Assembly: GCA_944384205.1 (NCBI GenBank)
Contig: CALWSL010000005.1
Location: 72,765 to 136,764, forward strand
DNA length: 64,000 bases
Origin: an uncultured Acetatifactor sp.
Lineage (GTDB): Bacteria; Bacillota; Clostridia; Lachnospirales; Lachnospiraceae
Direction: 5' to 3'
Part shown: one piece after another, positions 20,300 through 29,605 of the stretch
Layout of the letters: every line of letters starts with the position of its first letter
Numbering within the stretch: the stretch's first letter is position 1
Position numbers and translations under genes: made by a program
Notes under the pieces: generated by a model
The model's database searches: none
What the model saw: the letters and a program-made list of their open reading frames with translations, nothing else
Told to the model about the DNA's origin: nothing

Positions 20300-21544
20300 C
20301 TACACATCCTTTACCACTGTCTTGGAATCCATATCATAAAAGCCCACGGTATTCTTATCTGACACTACTGTAATATTTATCGCATCATACAATCTGTGAT
20401 AGACTTCAAAATTATTCCCATTGTAGCCTGTCACACCGAAGGACAACAGATATTCGCCACCCTGGAGGCTCATCTTCTGGGTAAAAGTAATCTCTTTTCT
20501 CTGCCCCGGCTCCACGCAGTCCAGAAACGCCTTCTCCGCCATGGTGTTGGTTCCGGTTATCTCCGTTCCCCTGATATCCTTAAAGGACACTGCAAAAATC
20601 GGCGCCGGAATATGACCATTTACCTTCACCTTCATGTGAACGGTAAATTCCGTTCCCTTTAAGATTGCGGTGGAACGCACCCCGTTTTCATCTGTCACAT
20701 AATATTCCACAATTTCCGCCTGCCTTGTACCGTATTCCAGTGTTTCGGGATTCCGGTTTTCATTCGGTTCCTCCGCCTGCGTACCGTCCCCGTTTTCCTC
20801 ATACTGTCCTACAAGGACACGCTTATACGCATCTATCATTTCCTTAGGAGAACCCTCTCCTAACAGATTTCCCTTATTTAACAAAAATACTCTGTCGCAG
20901 TATTTACTGATACTGCCCAAATCGTGACTGACAAAAATAATCGTCTTGCCCAGCTTCTTAAATTCTTCAAATTTATGATAGCATTTTGCCTGAAAAAATA
21001 CATCGCCCACGGACAGCGCCTCGTCTACGATGAGAATTTCCGGCTCAATATTGATGGCAACCGCAAACGCCAGACGGACAAACATACCGCTGGAATAGGT
21101 CTTTACAGGCTGATATACATAATCACCGATATCCGCAAACTCCAGGATAGCGGGGAGCTTTTCATCAATCTCTTTCTCAGAGTAGCCCAGCATGGTGCCG
21201 TTTAAGTAGATGTTTTCAATACCGTTATACTCCATATTAAATCCGGCGCCCAGCTCCAGCAGCGCAGAAATACGTCCGTTGACGTTTACTTCGCCCGAAG
21301 TCTGATTCAAAACACCTGTTATTATTTTCAACAGCGTTGATTTACCGGAGCCGTTTGTACCGATAATTCCAACGGTTTCTCCCTGATACACATTCAGGCT
21401 TACACCATTCAAGGCGTAATAGAGCTTGTAATTCTTTTTTTTCAGTCCCAGCGCATCATACATGCGGTCCCGCAGCTTTTCATACAATTTGTATACTTTT
21501 ACAACATTCTTGACTTCAATCGCAAGCTTCCTATTTTTTTCCAT
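20300..21544 (-). CDS. wzt: Polysaccharide ABC exporter ATPase with C-terminal Wzt_C domain
   Basis: GTNGSGKST, YSSGM, LIVDEALSVGD, VSHD; about 150-aa C-terminal beta domain. Confidence 0.93.
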   Translation of the reverse strand: MEKNRKLAIEVKNVVKVYKLYEKLRDRMYDALGLKKKNYKLYYALNGVSLNVYQGETVGIIGTNGSGKSTLLKIITGVLNQTSGEVNVNGRISALLELGAGFNMEYNGIENIYLNGTMLGYSEKEIDEKLPAILEFADIGDYVYQPVKTYSSGMFVRLAFAVAINIEPEILIVDEALSVGDVFFQAKCYHKFEEFKKLGKTIIFVSHDLGSISKYCDRVFLLNKGNLLGEGSPKEMIDAYKRVLVGQYEENGDGTQAEEPNENRNPETLEYGTRQAEIVEYYVTDENGVRSTAILKGTEFTVHMKVKVNGHIPAPIFAVSFKDIRGTEITGTNTMAEKAFLDCVEPGQRKEITFTQKMSLQGGEYLLSFGVTGYNGNNFEVYHRLYDAINITVVSDKNTVGFYDMDSKTVVKDV

Positions 21545-21567
21545 GAGAATTTCCTTTTACCTTTAGC

Positions 21568-22401
21568 TTATAACACGTCCGCAAAGTGAACCTTCAGACG
21601 TTTAAAGATAACCGCGCCGATTCCAAACAGCACCGCTGTTACCACATAAAAATACACGGTAGAGATCATGTCCTCAAAAAACCATTTTTCTCCGTAAATG
21701 GCATCCCTGTAACCGTTTACAATGTACACAAGAGGGTTTAACTGAATGACCTTCCTCCAGCCGTCGCTTAACCCTTCTATATTCCACATAATCGGGGTTG
21801 CCCAAATTCCAACCTGCAAAATAATATTGATAATCTGGGTCAAATCCTTAAACAGCACCACCACGGAACAGGTTGTATAAGAAAGCGCCAGCACAAAAAG
21901 AAACAGACAGGCGCTGTAATAAACGAGCTGCAAAGTGTAAACTGTGGGATAATATCCGTAAACTGCCGCCACAATCAATAAAATCAGTACGAAAAACACA
22001 TGAATAAAGGTAGCTGCAATGGTTTTGATAATCGGCAGAATACTAATCTTAAATACCACCTTTTTTACCAGATAATCATATTCTCTCAGTGCATTGGTCG
22101 CATTGGTCCATGCCTCATTAAAATAAAACCAGGGAACCAGTCCCGCTGTCAAAAACAGCACATACGGAACCTCTCCGCTGTCGCGCAATCCTCCGCCGCC
22201 CGTCCCCATGATTTTATCAAACACAATATAATACATAACAACCGTTATCACAGGCTGTACCAGCGCCCATACCGCACCCATATAGGAGCCGGCATATCTC
22301 TTTTTAAAATCATTTTTGGCAAGCTTCCATATCAGGCGCCTGTTCTGCCAAAGCTCTGCGGGAAGCTGTGTCATTTTGTCATACAGCTTAAAACTCTTCA
22401 T
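21568..22401 (-). CDS. wzm: Polysaccharide ABC exporter permease
   Basis: FKKRYAGSYMGAVW...WATPIMW...LNPL; six hydrophobic segments; upstream of wzt. Confidence 0.92.
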   Translation of the reverse strand: MKSFKLYDKMTQLPAELWQNRRLIWKLAKNDFKKRYAGSYMGAVWALVQPVITVVMYYIVFDKIMGTGGGGLRDSGEVPYVLFLTAGLVPWFYFNEAWTNATNALREYDYLVKKVVFKISILPIIKTIAATFIHVFFVLILLIVAAVYGYYPTVYTLQLVYYSACLFLFVLALSYTTCSVVVLFKDLTQIINIILQVGIWATPIMWNIEGLSDGWRKVIQLNPLVYIVNGYRDAIYGEKWFFEDMISTVYFYVVTAVLFGIGAVIFKRLKVHFADVL

Positions 22402-22416
22402 AACATTCCTCTGCTC

Positions 22417-22983
22417 TTAGCTGATACCTCTCTCAGCCTTGTAGGCAGCTATGCCGCCCCATTTGGTATCCTTATCGGAAAGAGTTAATTCCATTCCCTC
22501 CGGAATAGGCCATTCCACACCGATTTCAGGGTCATTATACAGAATGCCGCCTTCATCGTTTGGATGATAGAAATCAGTACATTTATAAGCAAACTCTGCA
22601 TAATCTGACAGCACCAGAAAACCATGGGCAAAATTCTTCGGAATAAAAAACTGCTTCTTATTTTCCTCGGAGAGCAGCACACCGAACCATTTACCGAAGG
22701 TCCTGGAACCCTCGCGCAAGTCTACTGCCACGTCAAACACCTCACCTCTGATTACTCTGACTAACTTGTCCTGCGGAAACTCCTTCTGAAAATGTAAACC
22801 GCGCAGAACCCCTTTCTTGGAGGCAGACTGGTTGTCCTGCACAAATATCTCAGGGATTCCCGCCTCCTTATAATCGTTGTAATGATAGGTTTCCATGAAA
22901 TACCCTCTTGCATCACCGAAAACGGTGGGGGTAATAATCTTTAAACCTTCAATTTCACATGTTTCTACCGTAATTTTTCCCAT
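22417..22983 (-). CDS. rmlC: dTDP-4-dehydrorhamnose 3,5-epimerase
   Basis: FGDARGYFME, QDNQS, VLRGLHFQ, FAHGF. Confidence 0.95.
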   Translation of the reverse strand: MGKITVETCEIEGLKIITPTVFGDARGYFMETYHYNDYKEAGIPEIFVQDNQSASKKGVLRGLHFQKEFPQDKLVRVIRGEVFDVAVDLREGSRTFGKWFGVLLSEENKKQFFIPKNFAHGFLVLSDYAEFAYKCTDFYHPNDEGGILYNDPEIGVEWPIPEGMELTLSDKDTKWGGIAAYKAERGIS

Positions 22984-23005
22984 TTGTCTGCTCCTTTTAT
23001 TTCAA

Positions 23006-24241
23006 CTATTCATATCTGATATTAAAATCTACATTACCTTCAATACCGTCAATACGTCCCTTTGAGGTATACTGCCACATCTGATAGTAACCCTGATACA
23101 ACGGTACGCTGCGGTACTCTGCCAGCCAGGTCTCGTACTGCTGTAATCTCTCGGTTTGCAGATTGTTATTCAGCCAGTTGCGGCTCGCATAGACGCCCGC
23201 TCTGTATCCTGCATTCGAGATGGTCCGGCAAAACGCCTCACAAACCAGAGTCCTCGTCTCGGCATCCAGACCGTCAGCCCTGCCGTTTCCGCCAGCCCCT
23301 TCCGTATCGATGTAGATGGGATAATCCAAATGATACTCCGCAATCAACTGTAACACCGCAGAAGCCTCTTCCACCGCTTCCACTTCGTTCACTGCCTGAG
23401 TAAAGAAGTAAACGCCAACAGGCACGCCCGACGCCGCAGCGCCCTGCATATTTGTCTGGAAATAAGGATCCTCTACCAGACTACCCGTTACGGAACCGCG
23501 ATATCCCACACGGACGATGGCAAAGTCCACACCTGCATTTTTCACCTTATCCCAGTCAATATCACCGTTCCACTTGGATACATCGATGCCGACCTTCTTG
23601 TTGCCGCTTGCCGTCTGCAGCTTCTGAATCTCGGTGTTATCCGCATCCTCAAGCGCCTCATTGACGCCGCTGTCCTCGGCTTCCGCATCAATATCCGCTT
23701 CCGTTTTTATCAAAAGAGAAATATCTTCGATTGCCAGATATTCCACCTTTTCCTTCACACGAATCTTCGTTTTTGTCGTGGGTATTCGATATCCTTCAAT
23801 GGGAAGCAGCTCCACATAATACTCGCCCGCGTCCAAATCTCCGATGTAAATCACACCGTCCTTGTCCAAGTCTTTGTATTCTCCAAGTCCTTCCACCTTC
23901 ACAAAAAAGCTTTCCCCTGTCACGGGATTGCCGTCCGTATCCACAATCTGAATGCGCAAATCCTTTTCCACGGAGGTCATCACTAAGGACAGGCGATTGG
24001 CATTGTTTTTGGCAGCCTCCAAAACAGGATTCACTTCCTCATCAAAAAAAGTCTCATCCTTAAGAAATGCTGACAAATCATTGCCAATCTGTCCGTTCAC
24101 AACGCCCTCTTCCTGCGTTACTGTTGTTGTCTGACCGGAACTATTTTCCTCACCCGGATTTAGATAGATCACCAATACCGATACCAGCAAAATCACAGCC
24201 ATGGACGCCATGATTGCCATACGACGTAATTTAGAGTCCAT
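23006..24241 (-). CDS. Membrane-anchored GH25 muramidase
   Basis: N-terminal [38 protein letters not shown]. Confidence 0.9.
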   Translation of the reverse strand: MDSKLRRMAIMASMAVILLVSVLVIYLNPGEENSSGQTTTVTQEEGVVNGQIGNDLSAFLKDETFFDEEVNPVLEAAKNNANRLSLVMTSVEKDLRIQIVDTDGNPVTGESFFVKVEGLGEYKDLDKDGVIYIGDLDAGEYYVELLPIEGYRIPTTKTKIRVKEKVEYLAIEDISLLIKTEADIDAEAEDSGVNEALEDADNTEIQKLQTASGNKKVGIDVSKWNGDIDWDKVKNAGVDFAIVRVGYRGSVTGSLVEDPYFQTNMQGAAASGVPVGVYFFTQAVNEVEAVEEASAVLQLIAEYHLDYPIYIDTEGAGGNGRADGLDAETRTLVCEAFCRTISNAGYRAGVYASRNWLNNNLQTERLQQYETWLAEYRSVPLYQGYYQMWQYTSKGRIDGIEGNVDFNIRYE

Positions 24242-25100
24242 TTGCTACCTCGACAAGATATTTTCCATAGTTCGTTTTCATCAGCGGTTCAGCCAGCAAA
24301 AGAAGCTGGTCTCTGTCAATAAATCCCTTTTTAAATGCAATCTCCTCGATACAGGAGATGTAAAGTCCCTGTCTCTTCTGAAAAGCCGCCACGAAATCAG
24401 CGGCGTCAAGCAGGGCGTCATGATTTCCGGTATCAAGCCATGCAAACCCTCTTCCCAAAGTCTCCACATGCAGGGTTCCACGGTTTAAATACTCATTATT
24501 GATGCTGGTAATCTCAATTTCTCCTCTTGCAGAGGGTTTTACGTTCTTTGCGATTTCCACCACATCATTGTCATAGAAATACAGTCCCGGCACCGCATAA
24601 TTGCTCTTGGGATTCTCCGGCTTCTCTTCAATGGAAAGCGCCTTGCCGTTCCCATCAAACTCAACCACGCCATACTCTCTGGGGTCACGCACATAGTAAC
24701 CGAAAATCGTTGCCCCCTTCTCTCTTGCCGCAACCGCCTTCAGCACTCTGGAAAAGCTCTGTCCGTAAAAAATATTGTCTCCCAGAACCAGCGCTACTCT
24801 GTCCGTTCCGATAAAATCCGCTCCGATAATAAAAGCGTCCGCCAATCCTCTGGGAGATTCCTGCACCGCATAGGAAATTTCCATTCCCAACTGATGTCCG
24901 TCCCCCAACAGCTCTTTAAATACGGGAAGGTCTCTCGGGGTAGAGATAATCAAAATCTCTCTGATACCCGCCAGCATCAGGGTAGATAACGGATAATATA
25001 TCATGGGCTTATCATACACCGGCATAATCTGTTTGGAAATTGCCTTGGTTAAAGGATATAATCTTGTCCCGGAACCGCCTGCTAAAATAATACCTTTCAT
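24231..25100 (-). CDS. rmlA: Glucose-1-phosphate thymidylyltransferase
   Basis: [39 protein letters not shown]. Confidence 0.96.
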   Translation of the reverse strand: MKGIILAGGSGTRLYPLTKAISKQIMPVYDKPMIYYPLSTLMLAGIREILIISTPRDLPVFKELLGDGHQLGMEISYAVQESPRGLADAFIIGADFIGTDRVALVLGDNIFYGQSFSRVLKAVAAREKGATIFGYYVRDPREYGVVEFDGNGKALSIEEKPENPKSNYAVPGLYFYDNDVVEIAKNVKPSARGEIEITSINNEYLNRGTLHVETLGRGFAWLDTGNHDALLDAADFVAAFQKRQGLYISCIEEIAFKKGFIDRDQLLLLAEPLMKTNYGKYLVEVANGL

Positions 25101-25137
25101 TTTCTTACCTCTTTTCTTTGCTTTTTTAAACGCACCA

Positions 25138-25177
25138 AAGGGATTCCCGTGGAATCTGTTCTTCACGGCAATCCCTT
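25138..25177. other. Intergenic stem-loop between rmlB and rmlA
   Basis: AAGGGATT-C-CCGTG...CACGG-C-AATCCCTT; no clear U-tract, so possibly an mRNA-stabilising hairpin. Confidence 0.45.
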
Positions 25178-25194
25178 AGCGGACTTATTTGTCT

Positions 25195-26277
25195 TTATTT
25201 CTCATACATTTCGGTGTAATATTTCTGATAATCACCGCTCGTCACATTCTTCATCCATTCCTCATGCTCAAAAAACCATTTGATTGTTTTCCTGATGCCT
25301 TCTTTAAACATGGTTTCAGGATACCAGCCGATTTCCGCCTTAATCTTGTCCGGCGCAATGGCATATCTGCGGTCATGACCTTTTCTGTCCTCCACATAGG
25401 TAATCAGATCCTTGCTCACCAGCGCCTTTCTGGGATCTCCCTCGGGAAGCATTTCCTGTAAGGTCTCGATAATGATATTGACAATCTCTATATTCTGTTT
25501 CTCGTTATGTCCGCCCACGTTGTAGGTTTCAAACAGTTTTCCCTGCTCCTGTACCATATCGATTGCCTTCGCATGGTCTTCCACATATAACCAGTCGCGC
25601 ACATTTTTGCCGTCGCCGTATACCGGAAGCTTTTTCCCCTGCAGGGCATTATTGATAATCAGCGGAATCAGCTTCTCCGGAAACTGGTAAGGTCCGTAGT
25701 TATTAGAACAGTTCGTAATATTGGCAGGAAACTTATAGGTGTCCATATATGCCTTTACCAGCATGTCCGATCCCGCCTTGCTTGCGGAATAAGGGCTGTG
25801 AGGGTCATAGGGGCTTGTCTCATAGAAAAAGGCGTTATCGTCATCGGGAAGAGAACCATACACCTCATCCGTTGATACATGCAGAAACTTCTTTCCTTCC
25901 TTAAAACTGCCGTCAGGAAGCTCCCATGCCGCCTTTGCACAGTTCAGCATAACCGCCGTACCCAGCACATTAGTCTGTACAAAAACCTCCGGATTGCGGA
26001 TACTTCTGTCCACATGACTCTCTGCCGCAAAATGTACCACACGGTCAATCTCATTCTCTGCAAAAATTCTGCCGATTGCTTCCTTGTCGCAGATATCCGC
26101 TTTTACAAAGGTATAATTTTCTCTGCTTTCCACATCCTTTAAATTTTCCAGATTTCCTGCATAGGTCAGGGCATCCACATTGATAATGCGGATTTCATTG
26201 TCGTATTTGCGAAACATATAATGAATATAATTGGAGCCGATAAAGCCCGCTCCACCCGTTACTAAATAAGTTCTCAT
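25195..26277 (-). CDS. rmlB: dTDP-glucose 4,6-dehydratase
   Basis: GGAGFIG, HFAAESHVDRSI, STDEVYG, YSASK, NCSNNYGP. Confidence 0.96.
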   Translation of the reverse strand: MRTYLVTGGAGFIGSNYIHYMFRKYDNEIRIINVDALTYAGNLENLKDVESRENYTFVKADICDKEAIGRIFAENEIDRVVHFAAESHVDRSIRNPEVFVQTNVLGTAVMLNCAKAAWELPDGSFKEGKKFLHVSTDEVYGSLPDDDNAFFYETSPYDPHSPYSASKAGSDMLVKAYMDTYKFPANITNCSNNYGPYQFPEKLIPLIINNALQGKKLPVYGDGKNVRDWLYVEDHAKAIDMVQEQGKLFETYNVGGHNEKQNIEIVNIIIETLQEMLPEGDPRKALVSKDLITYVEDRKGHDRRYAIAPDKIKAEIGWYPETMFKEGIRKTIKWFFEHEEWMKNVTSGDYQKYYTEMYEK

Positions 26278-26376
26278 TTTAAACTCCCTTTCCAGCCGGA
26301 CACTGCAAACTGCCCGCACTTTTGATAAGTATACCATAACAAACGTGTTGATGGCTATAAAATTTGTAAAATATTA

Positions 26377-26546
26377 TACAGTTCAGCCATGAAATGATTT
26401 ACAAGCTGTGCGTGGGTGCTTGCACACAAAGCACTGATTGTAAATCATTTCATGAGCGGAGCGCCCTCACATGAAATAAAAGACGAGCCGCAAAGCGGCG
26501 CCGGATGCGAAGCAGACGCTTTTATGAATGTGGGGGCTGAACTGTA
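26377..26546. repeat. 170-bp MITE/REP-like palindromic element
   Basis: 12-bp terminal inverted repeats TACAGTTCAGCC / GGCTGAACTGTA; internal perfect 16-bp IR at 26389-26404 / 26438-26453; a second imperfect arm. Confidence 0.65.
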
Positions 26547-29378
26547 CTAGTATCCCAAATAACTCAGATTCATATCCACATCACCGCTGATACCACTCAC
26601 TCTTCCTGTCGCCTTATACTGCCACAGGTCATATCTTCCCGAATAGCTTGGCGTGGCGGCGTACTGTGCCAGCCAGATTTTATACGCCCCCAGAGAGCCG
26701 GTATCTATTTTTTCGGTAAACCATGTCTTATTTGCATAAATGCCTGCCGTATAGCCGTTTCTCTGAATGGTCTCACAGAACGCCTTGCAGACTGCGGTTC
26801 TTGTCGCCCTGTCAATCTTATCCCCCCGTCCGCCGCTGGGTTCCACATCCAAAAAGATGGGGTAGGAAATCTTGTAGCCCTTCACTTTGTCAAGAACATA
26901 AGAGGCTTCCTCCACCGCTTCGATTTCATCTACAGCCTGTGTAAAGAAGTACACGCCAACCTTCAAACCCGCATCAATGGCGCCCTGGATATTCTGATTG
27001 AAATACGGGTCCTCAATCAGTTTACCCTCCGAGGATCCTCTGTATCCGCAGCGGATAATAACATAGGACACACCGGAATTTTTTACCGCGCTCCAGTCTA
27101 TTTTTCCGTTCCATTTTGATACGTCAATGCCCATGGTTCCGGTTCCCGAATCGGTTATCAGACTTCCGTCGCTGGCAAAATTATATTTCGCCCCCTGAAT
27201 CACCTGCTCTCCTGTTACCATCTCACCGGATGCGGTGAAATAATACACATGTCCGTTAATGGTCTGCCATCCGGTATATTTTACATCACCCTTAACAAAG
27301 AATCTTTCCGCCGTATAATAATCCGCGTAAAACGCTTCCCTGTAAGCTTCATTTTCCAATACATACAACTGGTTTCCGTTTAAATCCTTCAGCTTATCCG
27401 TCCTGTTGTTCACGGCGTCGTTTTTAACGTTTACTGTGCAGACTGCCTGCAGCTCCTGATTATTCTCAACATACTTGACGGTAACGGTTGCCGTGCCCTC
27501 CTGCAGACCGGTAATCGTAATCGTGCTGCCGTCCACCGCCACACCAGCTATCGCGGTATCAGAGGATTCCGCTGTAACAGGCGAACCCGTAAGGGCATTC
27601 GTGACAGCGGCATTCAGCGTTGCCGTACCTCCCGGAGACACCGTTATCTCCGTCTTGTCCAGAGAAAGCTGCACTTTTTCCTGCACGGTCACCGGAAGCA
27701 TCACTGCTGTCGGAACGCTGTCTCCCTCCGCATAGTCGGCGGTCACCGTAATCGTTGCGGTTCCTGCCGCCAGTCCGCTCACCGTAACATTGCCTGATGC
27801 GTCAACCTCTGCAGACGCCACACCGGTATTGTCGGAAAAAACCGTATACGTCAGAGTTCTGCCTTCCGTATAGCCTGCTGCATTCACCTGCGCTATCAAC
27901 ATATCACCGACAGTCATATTCCCTGTGGACGGAGTAATCGTCAGTTCAAAAGGAACATTTGTCAAGATTGTTCCACTGCCATCACCATTGCCTTCCCCAT
28001 TATTTTCCGGTTCAACCGTACTTACCACAGGTTCCGTATTCGCCGCCGCCAAAAATTTCTGTTCTACCGCTGTCGTTACAAGAGTAGCCGGGTCGGGAAT
28101 CAGGCTCTTTGAAATCTCCGTATAGGTCTCTGACACGGATGTGCTTTCCACCCAGGTTACCGTATCCTGCAGAGTGGATTCCACAACCGTCTCATGAATC
28201 TTGGTATCCTCCTTGGCTACGTCAACCTCCGCCTCCGTCTTTACCTCATCGCTGACGTCAATTTTCTCATAGGCAATATCCTGTTTTACCTCTACGGACT
28301 GAGCGGCAGTAGGAATTGTATAATCCTTGTATTTTTCTCCTGCAAGTTCATTTACAAGTACCTGATAGGTTCCCGAATCAATATTTTTCTTATAAATAAT
28401 ACCGTCCATGTCATCATCGGACCAGGTCTCGCTCTTTCCGCCCGGCTTTGTGATGGTGACGGCAAAAGGCACATTTCCAATCAGTTTTCCGGTTTCTTTG
28501 TTTGTAAACTTAATCTTTAAGTCCTTCATAACAGAAGTCATGTTCAGTTTTACGGACGCAGCATTGGAATACTCTTCCTCGTCATAATCCTTTTGCAGTT
28601 CCTCTTCCTCAACAATCTGTGCCGCAGCCTGACGGGCAATCTCAGCATCGGCTACCGCCAAAAGTCCTTTTTCGCCAATCAGCGTAATCCCTTCAAGCTG
28701 GCTTCCCACTCCTGCAAACTCTGATATCTGCCTGTCAACTGCTCTGCTGCTGATATAAACTCCGCCCGTCACAAAAGCAAGAATCAGCACTGCCGCACCT
28801 GCCGCCGTAATAATACGGTCCATAGCTCCCATTTCCAAAAATTTTGCCCACAGGAACGCAAATACATTCCTGCCTCGCCTGCCGCTCTGCGCTTTCCCCT
28901 GCGCCTGTTTTGCCCACGCAGCCTGCTTCTTCGTCATCCTTTCATCATACCGCAGACTGTAAGTCTCGCTGCTATCCGTCTCTTCTTCCTCAGCGTAGTA
29001 TTCTCCTCCTTCATCAGCAAAATACTCCTCCGGGCTGTCGTCCTCTTCGTAATACGCTTCCTCTCCGGCGGCGTAATATTCCTCCCCGTCGTCCTCTTCT
29101 TCGTAATACGCTTCCTCTTCGGCGGCGTAATATTCCTCCCCGTCGTCCTCTTCTTCGTAATACGCTTCCTCTTCGGCGGCATAATACTCCTCTGCGCCAT
29201 CCTCTTCACTGTATACTATCTCACTGTCCTCTTCGTAATATGTACCGTCTTCTGCCGCATACTCTTCAAAGCCTTCTGTCTCCTCCGCCGCGTCCCAATC
29301 GTAATCATCATCATAATCTTCCCAATCATCATAAGAATTTCCGGTATGATTAAAAAATCTTTTCATTCTTCCTCTCAT
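26547..29378 (-). CDS. Large membrane-anchored GH25 muramidase: acidic Tyr-rich N-tail, TM, Ig-like repeats, cell-wall-binding repeats, GH25
   Basis: GIDVSKWNG...VGVYFF...FLDVE...WLAQY...WQY at the C-terminus; GWQTINGHVYYF repeat; Big_2-like segments. Confidence 0.85.
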   Translation of the reverse strand: MRGRMKRFFNHTGNSYDDWEDYDDDYDWDAAEETEGFEEYAAEDGTYYEEDSEIVYSEEDGAEEYYAAEEEAYYEEEDDGEEYYAAEEEAYYEEEDDGEEYYAAGEEAYYEEDDSPEEYFADEGGEYYAEEEETDSSETYSLRYDERMTKKQAAWAKQAQGKAQSGRRGRNVFAFLWAKFLEMGAMDRIITAAGAAVLILAFVTGGVYISSRAVDRQISEFAGVGSQLEGITLIGEKGLLAVADAEIARQAAAQIVEEEELQKDYDEEEYSNAASVKLNMTSVMKDLKIKFTNKETGKLIGNVPFAVTITKPGGKSETWSDDDMDGIIYKKNIDSGTYQVLVNELAGEKYKDYTIPTAAQSVEVKQDIAYEKIDVSDEVKTEAEVDVAKEDTKIHETVVESTLQDTVTWVESTSVSETYTEISKSLIPDPATLVTTAVEQKFLAAANTEPVVSTVEPENNGEGNGDGSGTILTNVPFELTITPSTGNMTVGDMLIAQVNAAGYTEGRTLTYTVFSDNTGVASAEVDASGNVTVSGLAAGTATITVTADYAEGDSVPTAVMLPVTVQEKVQLSLDKTEITVSPGGTATLNAAVTNALTGSPVTAESSDTAIAGVAVDGSTITITGLQEGTATVTVKYVENNQELQAVCTVNVKNDAVNNRTDKLKDLNGNQLYVLENEAYREAFYADYYTAERFFVKGDVKYTGWQTINGHVYYFTASGEMVTGEQVIQGAKYNFASDGSLITDSGTGTMGIDVSKWNGKIDWSAVKNSGVSYVIIRCGYRGSSEGKLIEDPYFNQNIQGAIDAGLKVGVYFFTQAVDEIEAVEEASYVLDKVKGYKISYPIFLDVEPSGGRGDKIDRATRTAVCKAFCETIQRNGYTAGIYANKTWFTEKIDTGSLGAYKIWLAQYAATPSYSGRYDLWQYKATGRVSGISGDVDMNLSYLGY
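29047..29190 (-). repeat. 54-bp coding tandem repeat (EEEDDGEEYYAAEEEAYY), about 2.7 copies
   Basis: Units start at 29047, 29101 and 29155. Confidence 0.85.
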
Positions 29379-29432
29379 TCCGCCGCTCCCGCAGCTTCTT
29401 CTTCCGTTATCATTTCTTAATAATTCCGTAAC

Positions 29433-29461
29433 ATTATATCATTGAAAATTCGTCTGTTCAA
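29433..29461 (-). promoter_or_regulatory. Sigma-A promoter of the large GH25 gene
   Basis: Minus strand TTGAAC-17 nt-TATAAT with TG extension. Confidence 0.65.
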
Positions 29462-29605
29462 GGCATTCTCCTATATCTTCATAATTTCTTAAATCTTAGA
29501 GTCCTATCTTAATTTTTTTTAATAATATGGACTTTCCTGCCATAAAATAGTAAAATAAACAAACAGAGACAGGCACTTTACACTTATTTTAAAAAAAGAG
29601 GTACT

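Noticed and set aside
29047-29190. Tandem repeats considered as a CRISPR array (also those at 13255 and 53866)
   Set aside because: Contiguous in-frame coding repeats without unique spacers; no cas genes in the window
29415-29433. WalR-like box (TGTTAC-N5-TATTAA on the minus strand) at the GH25 promoter
   Set aside because: Only one half-site fits the consensus and the region is AT-rich; not supportable without a genome-wide model
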